Notes under the pieces: model-generated | The model's database searches: none | What the model saw: the letters and a program-made list of their open reading frames with translations, nothing else | What the model was told of the DNA's origin: nothing | Part shown: positions 24,680 to 37,173 of the stretch, one piece after another | How the letters are laid out: every line of letters begins with the position of its first letter | Numbering within the stretch: the first letter of the stretch is position 1 | Assembly: GCF_001194135.2 (NCBI RefSeq) | Contig: NC_068993.1 | Coordinates: 13,850,361-13,893,486 of the forward strand | DNA length: 43,126 nt | Reading direction: 5' to 3' | Origin: Octopus bimaculoides | Lineage: Eukaryota | Program-made: the position numbers and the translations under genes

Positions 24680-24930
24680 TTAAAATTTCATCGACCCTGG
24701 ACAGATGAATACTATGATTGGTCTCATCTCAGCCAGTTTGAACTCAGTATATTTGCTGGAACAAATGACTCAATTTTAGGGGAGGGGTTAAAATGATATA
24801 ACTCACTCCGGTGTTAAACTGATACCGATTTTACGAACCCCCAAATCATGAAAAACAAAGTTGACCTTAAACAACTTGAATGCAGAACATAAAGACGGAC
24901 GACATGCACCTAACCATTTTACTACGGCAT
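24680..24930 (-). mobile_element. Two tandem highly diverged SINE family A fragments
   Basis: atcgaccctggacagatgaa..tttgaactcag (about 24690-24750) and gggaggggttaa..aaagttgacct..tgaatgcagaacataaagacggacga (about 24780-24905) resemble the minus copy at 3121-3292. Confidence 0.6.
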
Positions 24931-25982
24931 ACGTACGATTTTGTCTGCTCGCAGCCCTTTCCTTGTAAGTAATGCTATTTTGAATAACATATGCAATAAA
25001 TCTTTTGTATATTATTTTAAATTATACATAATAGAGAGTGGCATTTACTATATATATTATGCGTATTATTTCTGTGTATAGAATACCACACCACACCCAG
25101 TTCTTTATTATATCACATGTATGACAGTTTAATGTGTTATATAGTAATATGGTATGTCATGTTATTTAGTAACACAATCTATAATTAACGAAATATTTTA
25201 TGCGAAATTCAGCTAGATATGTTCTATGGTATGTGTTTCATCATAAGAAAAATACAAGAAATGTAAATGTACCCTGCACTCACTTGCCTCACTCGTTTTG
25301 CTACATCTCGCAATATGCCAGTGTATCCCGCATTGATATATATTGAAGTTGAAAAATTTCGGTTCATTGCGGCTAACCATGCAATTAGAAGAAAAGTATC
25401 TATTTTCAATACGGAAAATCTCCTATATTTCAGACGGAAAACAAATAAAACACGATAAACTTTAACTAAGCATGTCCACGATATAATAGAAAATGCCTAG
25501 ATGTATACTTATTAAGTTAAAATCTCAAAGAATATAAAAGTATATATAAAATTTAATATATCTTCAAAATAAAACTTATTTAAATAACTTAAATCACAGC
25601 AAGCTGCATATATATTGTTCCGTTTATGAGAAACATGCAACTAAGTAACGATTCGAGAGTAAAATATAATATTTTTAGAACTTGCAACAAAGATATACAA
25701 GAATATGTTAAAATAAATTCAATACGGAAAGTAGAAATAAATCTGTTAAATCAAAATATCGTATTTAGATTTCGGTTAAAAGAAATCATCTACAATATGG
25801 ATATACTTCCAATTTTACAATAGAATATCATATTACAATAGCTACTGTTTTGTTATTCTCCTCCACAATTTTCTTTTGCACTTCCTTTCTCGCCATCGTC
25901 GTTGAGGTTTGGCGCTGAATTTGCACAATGTAAGAAAACAAAAATCTAATTTTCATTTTTCATTTAATATTTCAATTCCTGT

Positions 25983-26157
25983 ATGTATACGTACATACAT
26001 GTATGTCAATATGTATGTATGAATGAATGTATGTATATATGTATGTATGTATGTATGCATGTATGTGTGTATGTATGTATGTATGTATGTTTGTATGTAT
26101 GTATGTATGTATATATCAATCTATCTGTCTATCTATATCTATATATGTGTACATATG

Positions 26158-26189
<32 letters not shown>

Positions 26190-26229
26190 TACACACAAAT
26201 ATATGCATNNNNNNNNNNNATATACATAC

Positions 26230-26300
<71 letters not shown>

Positions 26301-26320
26301 CGCCTGTATTTATATATAAA
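25983..26320. repeat. (ATGT)n / (TA)n compound microsatellite
   Basis: Read directly. Confidence 0.95.
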
Positions 26321-26759
26321 CTTATATAACTAAATAAATAAATATATATACTTATATTACATATATATAAATATACATACACGCACGCACATATATGCAA
26401 CTGTAACATATTTGGAAATATCTACTCAATGAATGAAAACACAAAAGAAAGAAAACAATAAAACACGTAAATAATAGGAATACAGAATGTATGCTTGTAA
26501 GAAGTAAAGTGTACGACAGTTTATAAGTGTTTCGGCTTACCACTCAAGATATATATATATATATATATGTATGGATGTATAGATAAACGCATGTATAGAT
26601 TGATAAATATATAGATAGATAAATAGAGAGAGATATATAGTAATGTATAGTTAGATTTTGTCGGAAGAACGGATAAGTAATGCCAAATATATGGTGTATG
26701 TTATACGTGAACTTTTACTACATGCATACATGCATGTCATTCCTTTTCTCCCTGTCTCT

Positions 26760-26763
26760 ATCA

Positions 26764-26813
<50 letters not shown>

Positions 26814-26895
26814 ACTCTGTGACTCTGTCTCTCTCTCTCTCTGTCACTCTGCCTGTCTCTCTCTCTCTCTATCACTCTGTCTCTCACTGTCCCTC
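26760..26895. repeat. (CT)n microsatellite with CTGT variants
   Basis: Read directly. Confidence 0.95.
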
Positions 26896-27327
26896 TTTCT
26901 CGCTATATATATGTGTGTGTATGTATGTGCGTATACTTGTTTTCATATATACATAAATATAAAACTGTATATGCATATATATGCACATACGTGCATACAT
27001 ATACACATACATACGCCTGTTTAGTCATCCTTCTTTATGTGTAACCATGAGTGTAGACCGAAGGATGGATCTGTGTAATTACGCGTTTCTGTATTGATCT
27101 AGGTAAGTCTAACTTTATGGAAGAAGGAAAAATTCTGTGTACAAGACCACTCATATGACAAAGAGAGCTAAGAAAGGAAGAAAAAAAAAAGAAATATCAA
27201 TATATATTCTATCATCGCATTCTTAGAAAAAGTGATTTAACGGAATTGTAATTTCGTGTGAAAAATAAAGGGAGATAATTGGATAGAAGAAATAATAATG
27301 CTAAATATCATTACCAACAACGACTTT

Positions 27328-27546
27328 GAGAACAGCGAGCTGGCAGAATCATTAGCATGCAGGGCGAAATGCTTAACGATATTTCGTCTGCCGCTACGTT
27401 CTGAGTTCAAATTCTGCTAGGGTCGACTTTACCTCTCATTCTTTCAGAGTCAATTAAATAAGTACTAGTTACGCACAGGGGTAGATGTAATCGACTTAAT
27501 CCCCTTCTGCAAGCTGCCCATGTGGGAAAAGTTTGAAATTATTATG
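27328..27546 (+). mobile_element. Well-preserved SINE family A copy flanked by a 12-bp direct repeat
   Basis: agcgagctggcagaatcattagc..CTGAGTTCAAATTC (B box)..gggtcgacttt..aagtactagttacgcacagggg..aatcgacttaatcccc. The sequence aacaacgacttt occurs at 27316-27327 and 27547-27558. Confidence 0.9.
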
Positions 27547-27558
27547 AACAACGACTTT

Positions 27559-27615
27559 AATGCAGCAAGCTGGCCGAATCATTAGCACACCGGGCGAATT
27601 GCTTAGCGGGATTTT
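27559..27615 (+). mobile_element. Isolated SINE family A 5' head
   Basis: gcagcaagctggccgaatcattagcacaccgggcgaattgcttagcgg, then homology is lost. Confidence 0.85.
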
Positions 27616-29474
27616 ATTTCATATTTTCCTATTGTACAGTAGGATTTCTAGAACCTTCGGCTGCCATTGATATTAGATACATGTACATAGAAGAGCCTCA
27701 TTCATTCTTTCAAGATCTGCACCTGTTTATGCTAAGTCATTGAGTAAAATTTGAAATGAGGCAATGATCAACAATTTGACTGATTAAATAAATGGGTGAC
27801 ACCGAATTTGTTTGAGTATAGGTACTTTGAGTTTTAGTGTAAGGGTTTTTTTTTTAATAGCGGTAAGAGAGTTTGTGCCTGTTATTGAAAAAAGTCGTTC
27901 CATATTTAAATATATATCAGTAAATCTCTATCTATGGGAATGCGGTTATGAGTCATGCACTGAAAGTGTATAAAGTGTAAGAGAGATATAAAATGAATGA
28001 CAGAATATGGAATAAACGTTGATAGACAAATTACATAATGGAATGAGGCATAACAACATACTGAGTGACTTTTATGTAGTGCATGGTTGTGGACTATATG
28101 GCATAGGCTTGTGAATTACGTGAACTAGTTACGTGAGTGAAATGATATGAAAACAATTGATTAATGATTGAATGAGGGAGCCTAGGAATTGAACGAGAAA
28201 CTGAATAATTAAAATAGCGTGATGTGCCAAATCGATATTCTACGATGATTTATTGGCTGAAAGAACAGACTCAGTAATTGAATAACTAGAAGGAGCAGAG
28301 AATGATCAAATTAAATGGCTGAGTCTGTTGAGTGAATGAAACAAACGATAGAGAAATGAAGTATTAGATTTCCTGGAAGAATGAAAAATGAATGGAAAAC
28401 TTGATGAGGTACTAAGTAATTAAATGAGATTCTAAATGAGCGAGTGACAAATTGAGTTTATTAGTGAACGAATTAGTAAATTACAGAATATGAAACATAC
28501 ATGCAATAAAGGGTCTTGTAATAAATGAGTGAATGGTTGGATGTGAATGCGTGATGAGGAAAAAAAAAACGATATTGTAACAAATGTTAATTTCAAATAG
28601 AAAAATAATAATGAATTATTGATAAACGAAATGTTGATCGGACAATTCACATTTGAATGAAAATAATACAAACAAGAAGAAAAGTTACTTTGGTATCAAT
28701 GATTGATTGGCGTAATTTCAATTTCATAGAATTATATAAAATTCGATTATTAAAAATTATTTGATTTCATTAATGATTTGCCTGTCGCAGTTCGAGATCA
28801 TTGTAATATTGTTTTCGTTTTGATATGGATTTCGATAACCTTGTTGTTATTATTATTGTTTATCGTGCGAAGAAAACCTCTTATCATTGAAAGGGTTACA
28901 ACACTTATAATCCTTTAATGTGATTTTGGCTTTAATATAATAATTATAAAGATTCGATATAATGCCACTGATTTGAAACTGCGGGTTTTAGAAATAGTAT
29001 TGTGTTCCTTCCATTATAATATACTATATTAAATGCAAATGATTCTGTATTAGATGCAAATGAATATCTTTGAATGCGTATCAGAGACTATTTAAATAAT
29101 AAACCACGCTTTGAGAAGTGAGAAATCAAAATATTAAATACAAAATTCTACCGGATGACTTTCATTTTAACTACAAACAAAAGGAAGGAAAAATCAACAA
29201 CAAAATCATCAACAACAACACCAACAACAACATCACATTTAGTCCATTTGGGATTTAAGAGATAGAATGTCAAAACCACCGTTTTGGAGACCGTCTTACG
29301 TGGGTTTGTATCGGACTAAAATGTAAGAATCTCAAACTATTCAACAAAATCCGTTTCGTAGCAAGATTAGATTAAGCATCTTTTTTAACCCCTCCCCCAC
29401 AAATACACATAAAAACACACGCTTTTACGAGCACTACATAGTTACAAACATAAGTACATGCATAGGTACATATA

Positions 29475-30040
29475 CACAGACATGCAGGGAGTAAATAGAC
29501 ACCTTTAATTTTCAAAACCTTTTATTTGATATTAATAGGTTGAAGAGGAGGTTTTCTTTTAGCTGCTCGTCCATAATACCCAAGCTAATGCAGATATGTA
29601 ACACACGTTCTTGGACTAACTTCTAGCTGTTTTGCAATGTCACAACCCTTCGAACGGTGTTCGTTTTCCCCAATTCTCTTCAAACAGCGAAGCTTCCTTT
29701 CCGAGGGCCCAAGGCGACCGGGACGAGGATCTGTTGTTTCTTTTCCCTGGCTTTTGAAATGCACTATAATTCTATTAACAGTAGGAAGAGGAATTTCAAG
29801 ATTTTTCGGCAAATTTTCGCTGGCTAAGACCAGCCTCAGATTTCCCAATAATACGAACTCTTTGAAAATCTGAGAGTTCTGCTGAAATTCATGTGTGTGG
29901 CATGGTTACTCTTCACAAATAGCACCTAGAATGAAAAAAATAATCACATTCTAAATCCTACACCGCTGAAAACATATTAAGAAATTGAGATAATAAATTT
30001 TGAAAATTAAAGGTGTCTATTTACTTCCTGCATGTTTGTG
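29475..30040 (-). mobile_element. Internally deleted Tc1-family DNA transposon (566 bp) retaining the N-terminal DNA-binding region
   Basis: 43-bp TIRs at 29475-29517 and 29998-30040 with 2 mismatches, and TA on both flanks. Minus-strand translation ..NLPKNLEIPLPTVNRIIVHFKSQGKETTDPRPGRLGPSERKLRCLKRIGENEHRSKGCDIAKQLEVSPRTCVTYLH*LGYYGRAAKRKP shows the HTH, GRP-like linker, second HTH and KP motifs. No DDE domain. Confidence 0.92.
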
Positions 30041-31205
30041 TATATATACATATATAAACATATAACCATATACATATACATACATACATACAAATATTCG
30101 TACTCTCGATAAGTATTCATCCAGTTTCACTGCTATGTCACGAGTTTAAACTACAAGAATATCTCCTAAAAAGTAACTGAAAAATAGTACATTTAGTTTT
30201 GCCTTGAATGGTGCATCATTTGCTTATTTCTGTAGGACTAGGTTTTATAAAGTCATCTCTTGTCCACAATGTAACATAATGCGAAAAACATTATAATGCG
30301 CTATAATTTCGAATTCTGTTCTGAGATTACCACTATATTCTTTTCCTTCAACATTTTCTATTGTATGTTTGTATGTCTGATAGCCCTGCCTATTACATAA
30401 TCACACTTATTATGGCATCTCATTCTCCCGTTCTCTCGATCTCACTGTTTAGTTTGCCTTTCTACGTCTTTCGCGACGATTTCTTACAGTATTAATAATT
30501 TGTGATTCATTTCGTACTCAGCATCACCGAGTCTATGTATTTCTAACTCTTTACTTTTGCTTTCTACTTCTCCTTGTATACGTATTGTCGTACCTGCATT
30601 CACACATTCATGTACGTATATCAGTATATATATATGTGTGTTTTTGGATGTTAATATGTGTGTGTTGTGTGTACATGCGTGTGTTTGTGTAGCTATATAT
30701 CTATATGTGTATGCGTGCCTGTACACATAATAGATTCAGATATCTTATTTCATTGTAGCAGTCTCTTCACTGCTACTATTTGTTCGTCTTTTCAAAGTAC
30801 TTTCCGATACATGACACAGGTATAAAAGACAGAAATCATTTTTCAGAGATATCCTATATAGCTTACAGCAAAATATTCGGTAGAAATCCCTGCTGAAGTG
30901 GTCCCTTATGACTTTCAATATTCATAAAAAAATTCTACGTATATTTTCCATCCGCATTCGATATTCTTTTGAATGAATGTTCTTTAAACTGAAGCGAAGG
31001 TAAGCACTAGTAAAGCATTTTGCTTTTAGGATTGCTATTTCTATATAAGTTTCTTCACTTTTTTTCTTATCTTATTGTTTAATATTTATTTGTGAACTGT
31101 TTGGGATGTATTGAACATGACTTCATAGCGTATGTGATAAGCTATACACATCTTTACATCACTAACTTCATCATCAAGAACAATGGTAGCAGTAGACGAA
31201 TGGAA

Positions 31206-31560
<355 letters not shown>

Positions 31561-32160
31561 TCCTTAAATTATACAAAACGATGGGGCATTATTTGGGTTT
31601 AAATATATTTTTCTATATTTATTTCTCGCAAAAATAAAAGACAGAGGAGACATGATAGAGAAAGAAAGTAATGTTATAAATATATTAAAAGAATATAAAA
31701 AAAAATGCCAGTATTTACTCTCAAGCAATGCTGGTATATCTTCAATGTTTAGGATCCATAATTTTTCCTCTTGCTTGTTAAGAAACAAAAATGCAAATGA
31801 AATACCTAGGGGAATATATTTTTACATATGATACAAAAATGGTATGCTCGTTCTACAATATGAGTATATATTACATGTGATGTGCAAACTTTTAGTGTAG
31901 TGATGTATGGAATTAAGGTGCATGCATGAGGATATTTCTTGTGTGCGATTTTGTGGGTATATGTTTTACATATAAACATATATAGAGTGTAAGGGGGTAC
32001 GTTGACGATGTTTTATGTCTCATTTGTTCTAGAAATGCTAGATGTAATGGTGTAAAGTCAACGGCATTCCAAAGTCTGATGATTAAATTTCTAGTTGAAA
32101 AAAACTTTAGCTGACATGAAGAACTGCATCTAAATATTGTAAAAGAGTTACCTGTATCAT

Positions 32161-32613
32161 AAACTTAGATAAACTTAGATATGTTTCGACCAGAGATTGG
32201 TCCAGGCCATGTCTAACTTAATAGCACCACCTGATAGAATTATCTAAATGCTTTCTACAGTCAAGTTTTGTTTATGGTCCATTCAAGTAGTGAGTTCTAT
32301 TTGAGTGAGATGTATCCAGGTATGGGTGGCTTGTCTAGTATTCCTTGTAGAAATTTGTCTAGACTCCGTTTAAAGCTGATAGGATCCTTTTCCTCTTTTA
32401 TCTGTTTCGGGACCATGTTAACCACAGCAGGGCCTATTGAGGAAAAGAAATTAGGCCACAGTGTACCTATATGTTGTGATCCTGAATTGGGTAGGGGACG
32501 TATGGCCCGTGGTCCCAGCCTTGGATGAACCTTGAAACTAATGTTCAGGTCGTTTGGGCAATGCTGGCGGTATAGTCTCCACATCATACAGATGATGTAC
32601 CGCTCGCGGCGGC

Positions 32614-32615
<2 letters not shown>
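32161..32615 (-). mobile_element. 5'-truncated CR1-type LINE 3' end
   Basis: Open frame RRRERYIICMMWRLYRQHCPNDLNISFKVHPRLGPRAIRPLP..FFSSIGPAVVNMVPKQIKEEKDPISFKRSLDKFLQGILDKPPIPGY, typical of a CR1 ORF2 C-terminus. The 3' tail is (ATCTAAGTTT)x2 at 32161-32180, and the 5' end abuts (TA)n. Confidence 0.9.
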
Positions 32616-32653
<38 letters not shown>

Positions 32654-33039
32654 CGTTTTTGTATTTGGTTTACCAAATTCTTTATGTGAATTCATGGGCT
32701 TAGTTGTGGCAGAGTCGTTCTGTTTTTATGCCTTATTAATCAACATACTCACCGTTCTTTAAAAGAACGCAGCTCTGATAACTTACAGACCCAACAACTA
32801 TTGAAGAGGTTACAAGAAGCAGCGAATATAATATATATATATATATATACTGGAAAAAATATGCTGCTGTATCAACAGTTCGTTTCTCGATATTCGTAAT
32901 TCACACTGAAATGGTGTCATTAAGCGGTCCATATTATAATCAGTCACAGCCTAACAGTTAGCATTTAACTTAAATTTTTTATGAATTTCCGTTCGCCTAA
33001 ATATATGACGTCCAAGCGTTCGGTTTTTGCACCGAGCAA

Positions 33040-33290
33040 AGTATTGTGTCCGTAACCGAGGCACTTAATATCAAGTTAAATCTGTCTATCAAACTGAAAA
33101 TGAATATGAAGACCTTCCATACACTCTATTTTCTCTCCTTGTTTCTTTCTGTGTTCCTTTCTGTGGAAAAGCGTAGGTTCGAAACGTTAAAGCATTTTTT
33201 TCACTTCCCGAGCGTTAAACTAATACACCTGTTTCTTGTCTACAACACCTGTCTTCGTCTCTTGTTTTTGTTTATGAATTCTTTCCACAC
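33040..33290 (+). mobile_element. Probable Penelope-like 3' terminus / pLTR fragment carrying the 33157-33192 motif
   Basis: Hammerhead-like motif within a pyrimidine-rich segment. The upstream frame VTEALNIKLN weakly resembles the EAL.IK helix at GIY-YIG C-termini. Confidence 0.4.
33157..33192 (+). ncRNA. Degenerate minimal type-I hammerhead motif (third sequence family)
   Basis: CUUU-CUGUGGA-A-AAGC guag GUUC-GAA-ACGU-U-AAAG. Stem I CUUU/AAAG is perfect and the palindromic ACGU stem III is intact. Core A6 is changed to U and the first pair of stem II is mismatched. Confidence 0.55.
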
Positions 33291-33659
33291 TTGAACCAGC
33301 ATATCGAATTCACGAGCGAATTTCCTGGCAAAGTTGGATCCCTGTTCCTGCTTGACAGCCGATCAAACAATACAGACAAAAGTATAATCGACACGATATT
33401 ATGTCGAAAAGTGGTCAGCCGGATCTCGTTCTTTCACTTCAAGTCAGCTGTATCCATTGCATATACACTGGTAATGTTAGCTGGGTTACCCAATCACCTG
33501 GTTCTGCAAAATCTCAGGAGTCAACAGTTATTTCGGAACGCTTACCTACACTTTCCACATATACAAGCCAGGCAAAAGAGGAAGGAAAAATATCTCTAGC
33601 TCTTGTTTCCTAAAGATACCTTATTTTAGCGTATTTCATGATCTCAGCAGGTTGTGATC

Positions 33660-34495
33660 GATGAAACACAAAAACTCAGTAAAAGTATCTAGTGGCGTTC
33701 CCAGGGGAATGATTTGGGTCCGCTTCTATGTAAAAGGTCTCAAGCGTCATCAGCAAAGGAAGATGAAAATATTCCCAGAACACTCCAAGATCCAAGAAAT
33801 CATCAATAACGAAGACATCCGAATTCAACACCAGTATGATCTGTATACTGGTGGATAGACAACATGCGGTTAAATGAGAGAAATTTGAACTAATGCACTT
33901 TTGAAAAGAATGTACCTTAAGAACGATATTTTCTACCTTCGGGTGAATTACTCACATCATCTAATAACATCAGGGACTTAGGAGTAATTGTTGACAATAA
34001 TATTGGCCAGAGTCCTCACAGCATCAATAGATATGGCTTGCAGGATGTGCTCCTGTATCCTCAGAGTTTACAGGCACAGAAAGCGAGATGTCATCTATAC
34101 CATTTTCTGCTCCTTTGTACAGCCACACCTAGAATACTGCAATCGACTGTTGTCTCCTTACACCAAACAAGACATTGCCGGAATTGCGTCACCTTACAGA
34201 GCAATGACAAGCAGAATAAAATCATGACTGGATCTTGATAAATAGGACAGTTTTCAAACACTGAAACTTTTCCTACATCACCACCGGGAGTGCTACATTA
34301 TTTGCACAATGTTGAGAATAAAGAACTATCATTGTCCGAACAACATTCTCATCAAATTCAGAATTCATTCAAAGCTAGGACGCCCCCCTAGAATCGAACA
34401 TAACAATAAATACTGGCTTTAAAATTGTTTAGAATCTATGACGTGGCTGTATTATGTTAGATATGGCTGAAAGATATTTAAGTTTATCTAAGTTT
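33660..34495 (+). mobile_element. Decayed CR1-type LINE, RT C-terminal half to 3' tail
   Basis: Fragments VKVSSGVPRGMIWVRF (cf. SGVPQG.VLGP.LF), KIFPEHSKI (cf. .FADD.K.), RDLGVIVDN, SFVQPHLEYC and HHRECYIIC..HCPNN. Tail atttaagttt-atctaagttt at 34476-34495. Many stops and deletions. Confidence 0.9.
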
Positions 34496-37146
34496 AAATT
34501 CAATACATATACATGTGAGTATGTGTGTGAGTATATCTCTCCCTATTCCTCTCATTCTATCCGTATTCTTTATACACCCCCTACACACACACGTACACAC
34601 ACATACATATATGTAGATTGGCAGACGGACTGACTGACAGACTACGGATATGTAGATAGATAAATACATAGATAATTACAAATTTGTACATAGATGTGTA
34701 TATCAACGTGTTTCTGAATGTATTTGTGTATATTTTTCGATCTGTGTAATTTTTATTGACGTATTTAGATACACAGTATTGGTTGAGAAATATAGGTGTT
34801 TGGGAGTAACAATTATATTTCTGTTAAAGTTTCTTTCGTATAAAAGAATGAAATATTTGTAATGTGCTTTTTATATTGTTTCATTCAAATTTTTGTGCAC
34901 TTAATTTCATTTTCTTGAAATATTTGTGAAAATAAGAATGACCTGGAAACAATTGAATTTCTTGGGCAATTGTTAGCACAGCTACAATCGGTTTTACCAC
35001 AGTCAATGTTTCTCTGCAAATAAAGCATTCTATACCAAACTACAACATGAAGATATTTCGGGAAAATTTCAATAAAACATTTCTTATTAGACTTTAAACA
35101 GAACAGAAAAAAAGGGTTTTTATTCATTTAAGTTTATAAACAAAGGACGCAAAAAGAATTTTTTTTTGTTTTTGTTTTGTTACAGAACGAACATTTCATT
35201 TTCAAATCTAAATTAATTTATTTTCCATTTTACTTTCGGGCTAAATAGAATATTCATTGTTAGAAGCTTTAAACGAATATATTTAACACATAATGCCAAG
35301 CCATACCTTAAAATGCCAATAGCAGATTCGAAACCATCATGGTAGAGCATGTATGTAGGTTTTTCTAAAGAATGCAGTAATTATATTAGCTTATCCCTTT
35401 GGCTTCTGCAATAAACGGAGAAAAAGAAAAATTACAAATAAGATCGACATTTAAATTTTGTTTCCGCGATGGGAACAACATATGTAGTCACATATTGTAG
35501 CACATCTGTATGCATATGTATATATATGCACACGTCAGTGAACACATAATACACACACAGACACACACATAGACACACACACTGACATGGGCACAGAAAC
35601 ACAAACACACACACACACACACTTATATGTATAATTATAGATAATTATTTCTCGTAATATATATACCTGTTTGTGTGTTTCTGCGTGCTTGTCTCTGTGG
35701 GTGTCTAAATATCTTCATATGTATATTTTATACATACATACAAACATATATACATACATATATATATGCATATATATATATATANNNNNNNNNNNNNNNN
35801 NNNNNNNNNNNNNNNNNNNNNNNNNNNNNNNNNNNNNNNNNNNNNNNNNNNNNNNNNNNNNNNNNNNNNNNNNNNNNNNNNNNNNNNNNNNNNNNNNNNN
35901 NNNNNNNNNNNNNNNNNNNNNNNNNNNNNNNNNNNNNNNNNNNNNNNNNNNNNNNNNNNNNNNNNNNNNNNNNNNNNNNNNNNNNNNNNNNNNNNNNNNN
36001 NNNNNNNTGTAATTAATAAAACTCAATCGTGCCCTAGAAATAATGATCTCAGGTTCGAGGTTGTAAAGGAGAGAGGTTACTACATTAAAGCCAGACACTT
36101 CAACGCAGCCAAAGAGCTAATTTATCAATTGTTCCTCCAAGCTATTTTACAATTCTTTGAGAATGTGTAATGTTGATGTATTCTTTTTCTTCTCTTTTCA
36201 TTTTATTTCAACAGAACAAAAAAAAAAGACCTAAATTATGAATTAAACAAAAAGATAAAATGAAAGATGTCCAACAGAGAAATTCACAATTCAATAATAA
36301 TAATGATTTGTAACGTAATAATAATGATAATAATAATAATAATAATAATAATGATGATGATGATGAAAATGAAAAAGAAAAATGAGATAGAGAAAAGGAA
36401 GAAGAAGAGAAAGAAGAATGAAAGGAAGAAATGTTGGAGTAAAACGAACAAGAACAAGGACTTCATCAAAATAATTATATTGATGTGCTTCGGCTATAGC
36501 TTTATTTAAATTTTAGTGAAAAAGTTTTGGATTTCCTGGTGATAGCTGCAAGCTAACACAACACTCTTGCATGATTGTAGTTCTTCATCCAAATTCGATT
36601 CTGTGATCCATTTGAACTATTACACATATATAAGTTATAATTTGAAGATATAATAAAATAACGTAAAATATGAACGTCCAGCTAATTTCCGTGACATCGC
36701 ATATAAGCTGCTGCAAAGCATTGGGTTTTTTTTCTCCTGGTGTCTGTCTATGATGGGCTACTATGTGAATGTGACCGTCTTTTTTTTCTTATTGTTGCTT
36801 TTTTTCTCTTCTTTTTGTGCTTATCAAGCATAATGACTAGAATTTCTTCTCAGTTTCTGTGCTGTTGCTCGATCTGCTCGAAATACCGTCTAAATATTCC
36901 GAAAAATCCCAGGTTTTTGATATTAAACAAGTGGAGGACATCTTAGATAATGTAGTCCTAAGTACACTATAGCTGAAAATAAGCGAGGGTGGTCACGACT
37001 AGAACGTCTTTGATTATATCTCTGCTCGATCGGAGCTGTCCTGGGCCTAAATAATAACAACATCACTAGAATGATGCTTGTAGCATAAAGCAAAAGGTAA
37101 GTACTCACGGAGGCGAACATTGGACTAAGTTTTCTATAAAAATATT

Positions 37147-37173
37147 TGACGTCATTTCACTTCATTGACGTCA
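37147..37173. promoter_or_regulatory. Two perfect CRE/ATF palindromes (TGACGTCA), 19 bp apart
   Basis: TGACGTCA at 37147-37154 and 37166-37173, both preceded by T. A TATAAAA lies at 37135-37141. Function is inferred from motif only. Confidence 0.4.

Noticed and set aside
25828-25896. Minus-strand mini-ORF MARKEVQKKIVEENNKTVAIVI*, faintly like the TMEM208 N-terminus (KQI.EEN..T)
   Set aside because: Only about 6 matching residues, no GT.G motif, no convincing donor and no downstream exons found.
28790-28918. Plus-strand hydrophobic stretch NIVFVLIWISITLLLLLLFIVRRKP
   Set aside because: Explained by T-rich composition and a TTA/TTG repeat; no good donor or start.
29235-29324. 11-12 bp inverted repeat (acatttagtcc / ggactaaaatgt)
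   Set aside because: Too short, contains an indel, and has no target-site duplication; compatible with chance.
30484-30600. Minus-strand exon-like segment GTTIRIQGEVESKSKELEIHRLGDAEYEMNHKLLI
   Set aside because: No polypyrimidine tract, weak donor context and no recognised homology.
32181-32210. Hairpin followed by GAAAC in the CR1 3' UTR resembling half a hammerhead
   Set aside because: The CUGANGA core is absent and stem I does not pair; treated as a LINE 3' stem-loop.
36923-37120. Minus-strand ORF MFASVSTYLLLYATSIILVMLLLF.. with a signal-peptide-like start next to the CREs
   Set aside because: The ATG is only about 15 nt from the TATA-like motif, there is no homology, and the hydrophobicity is compositional.
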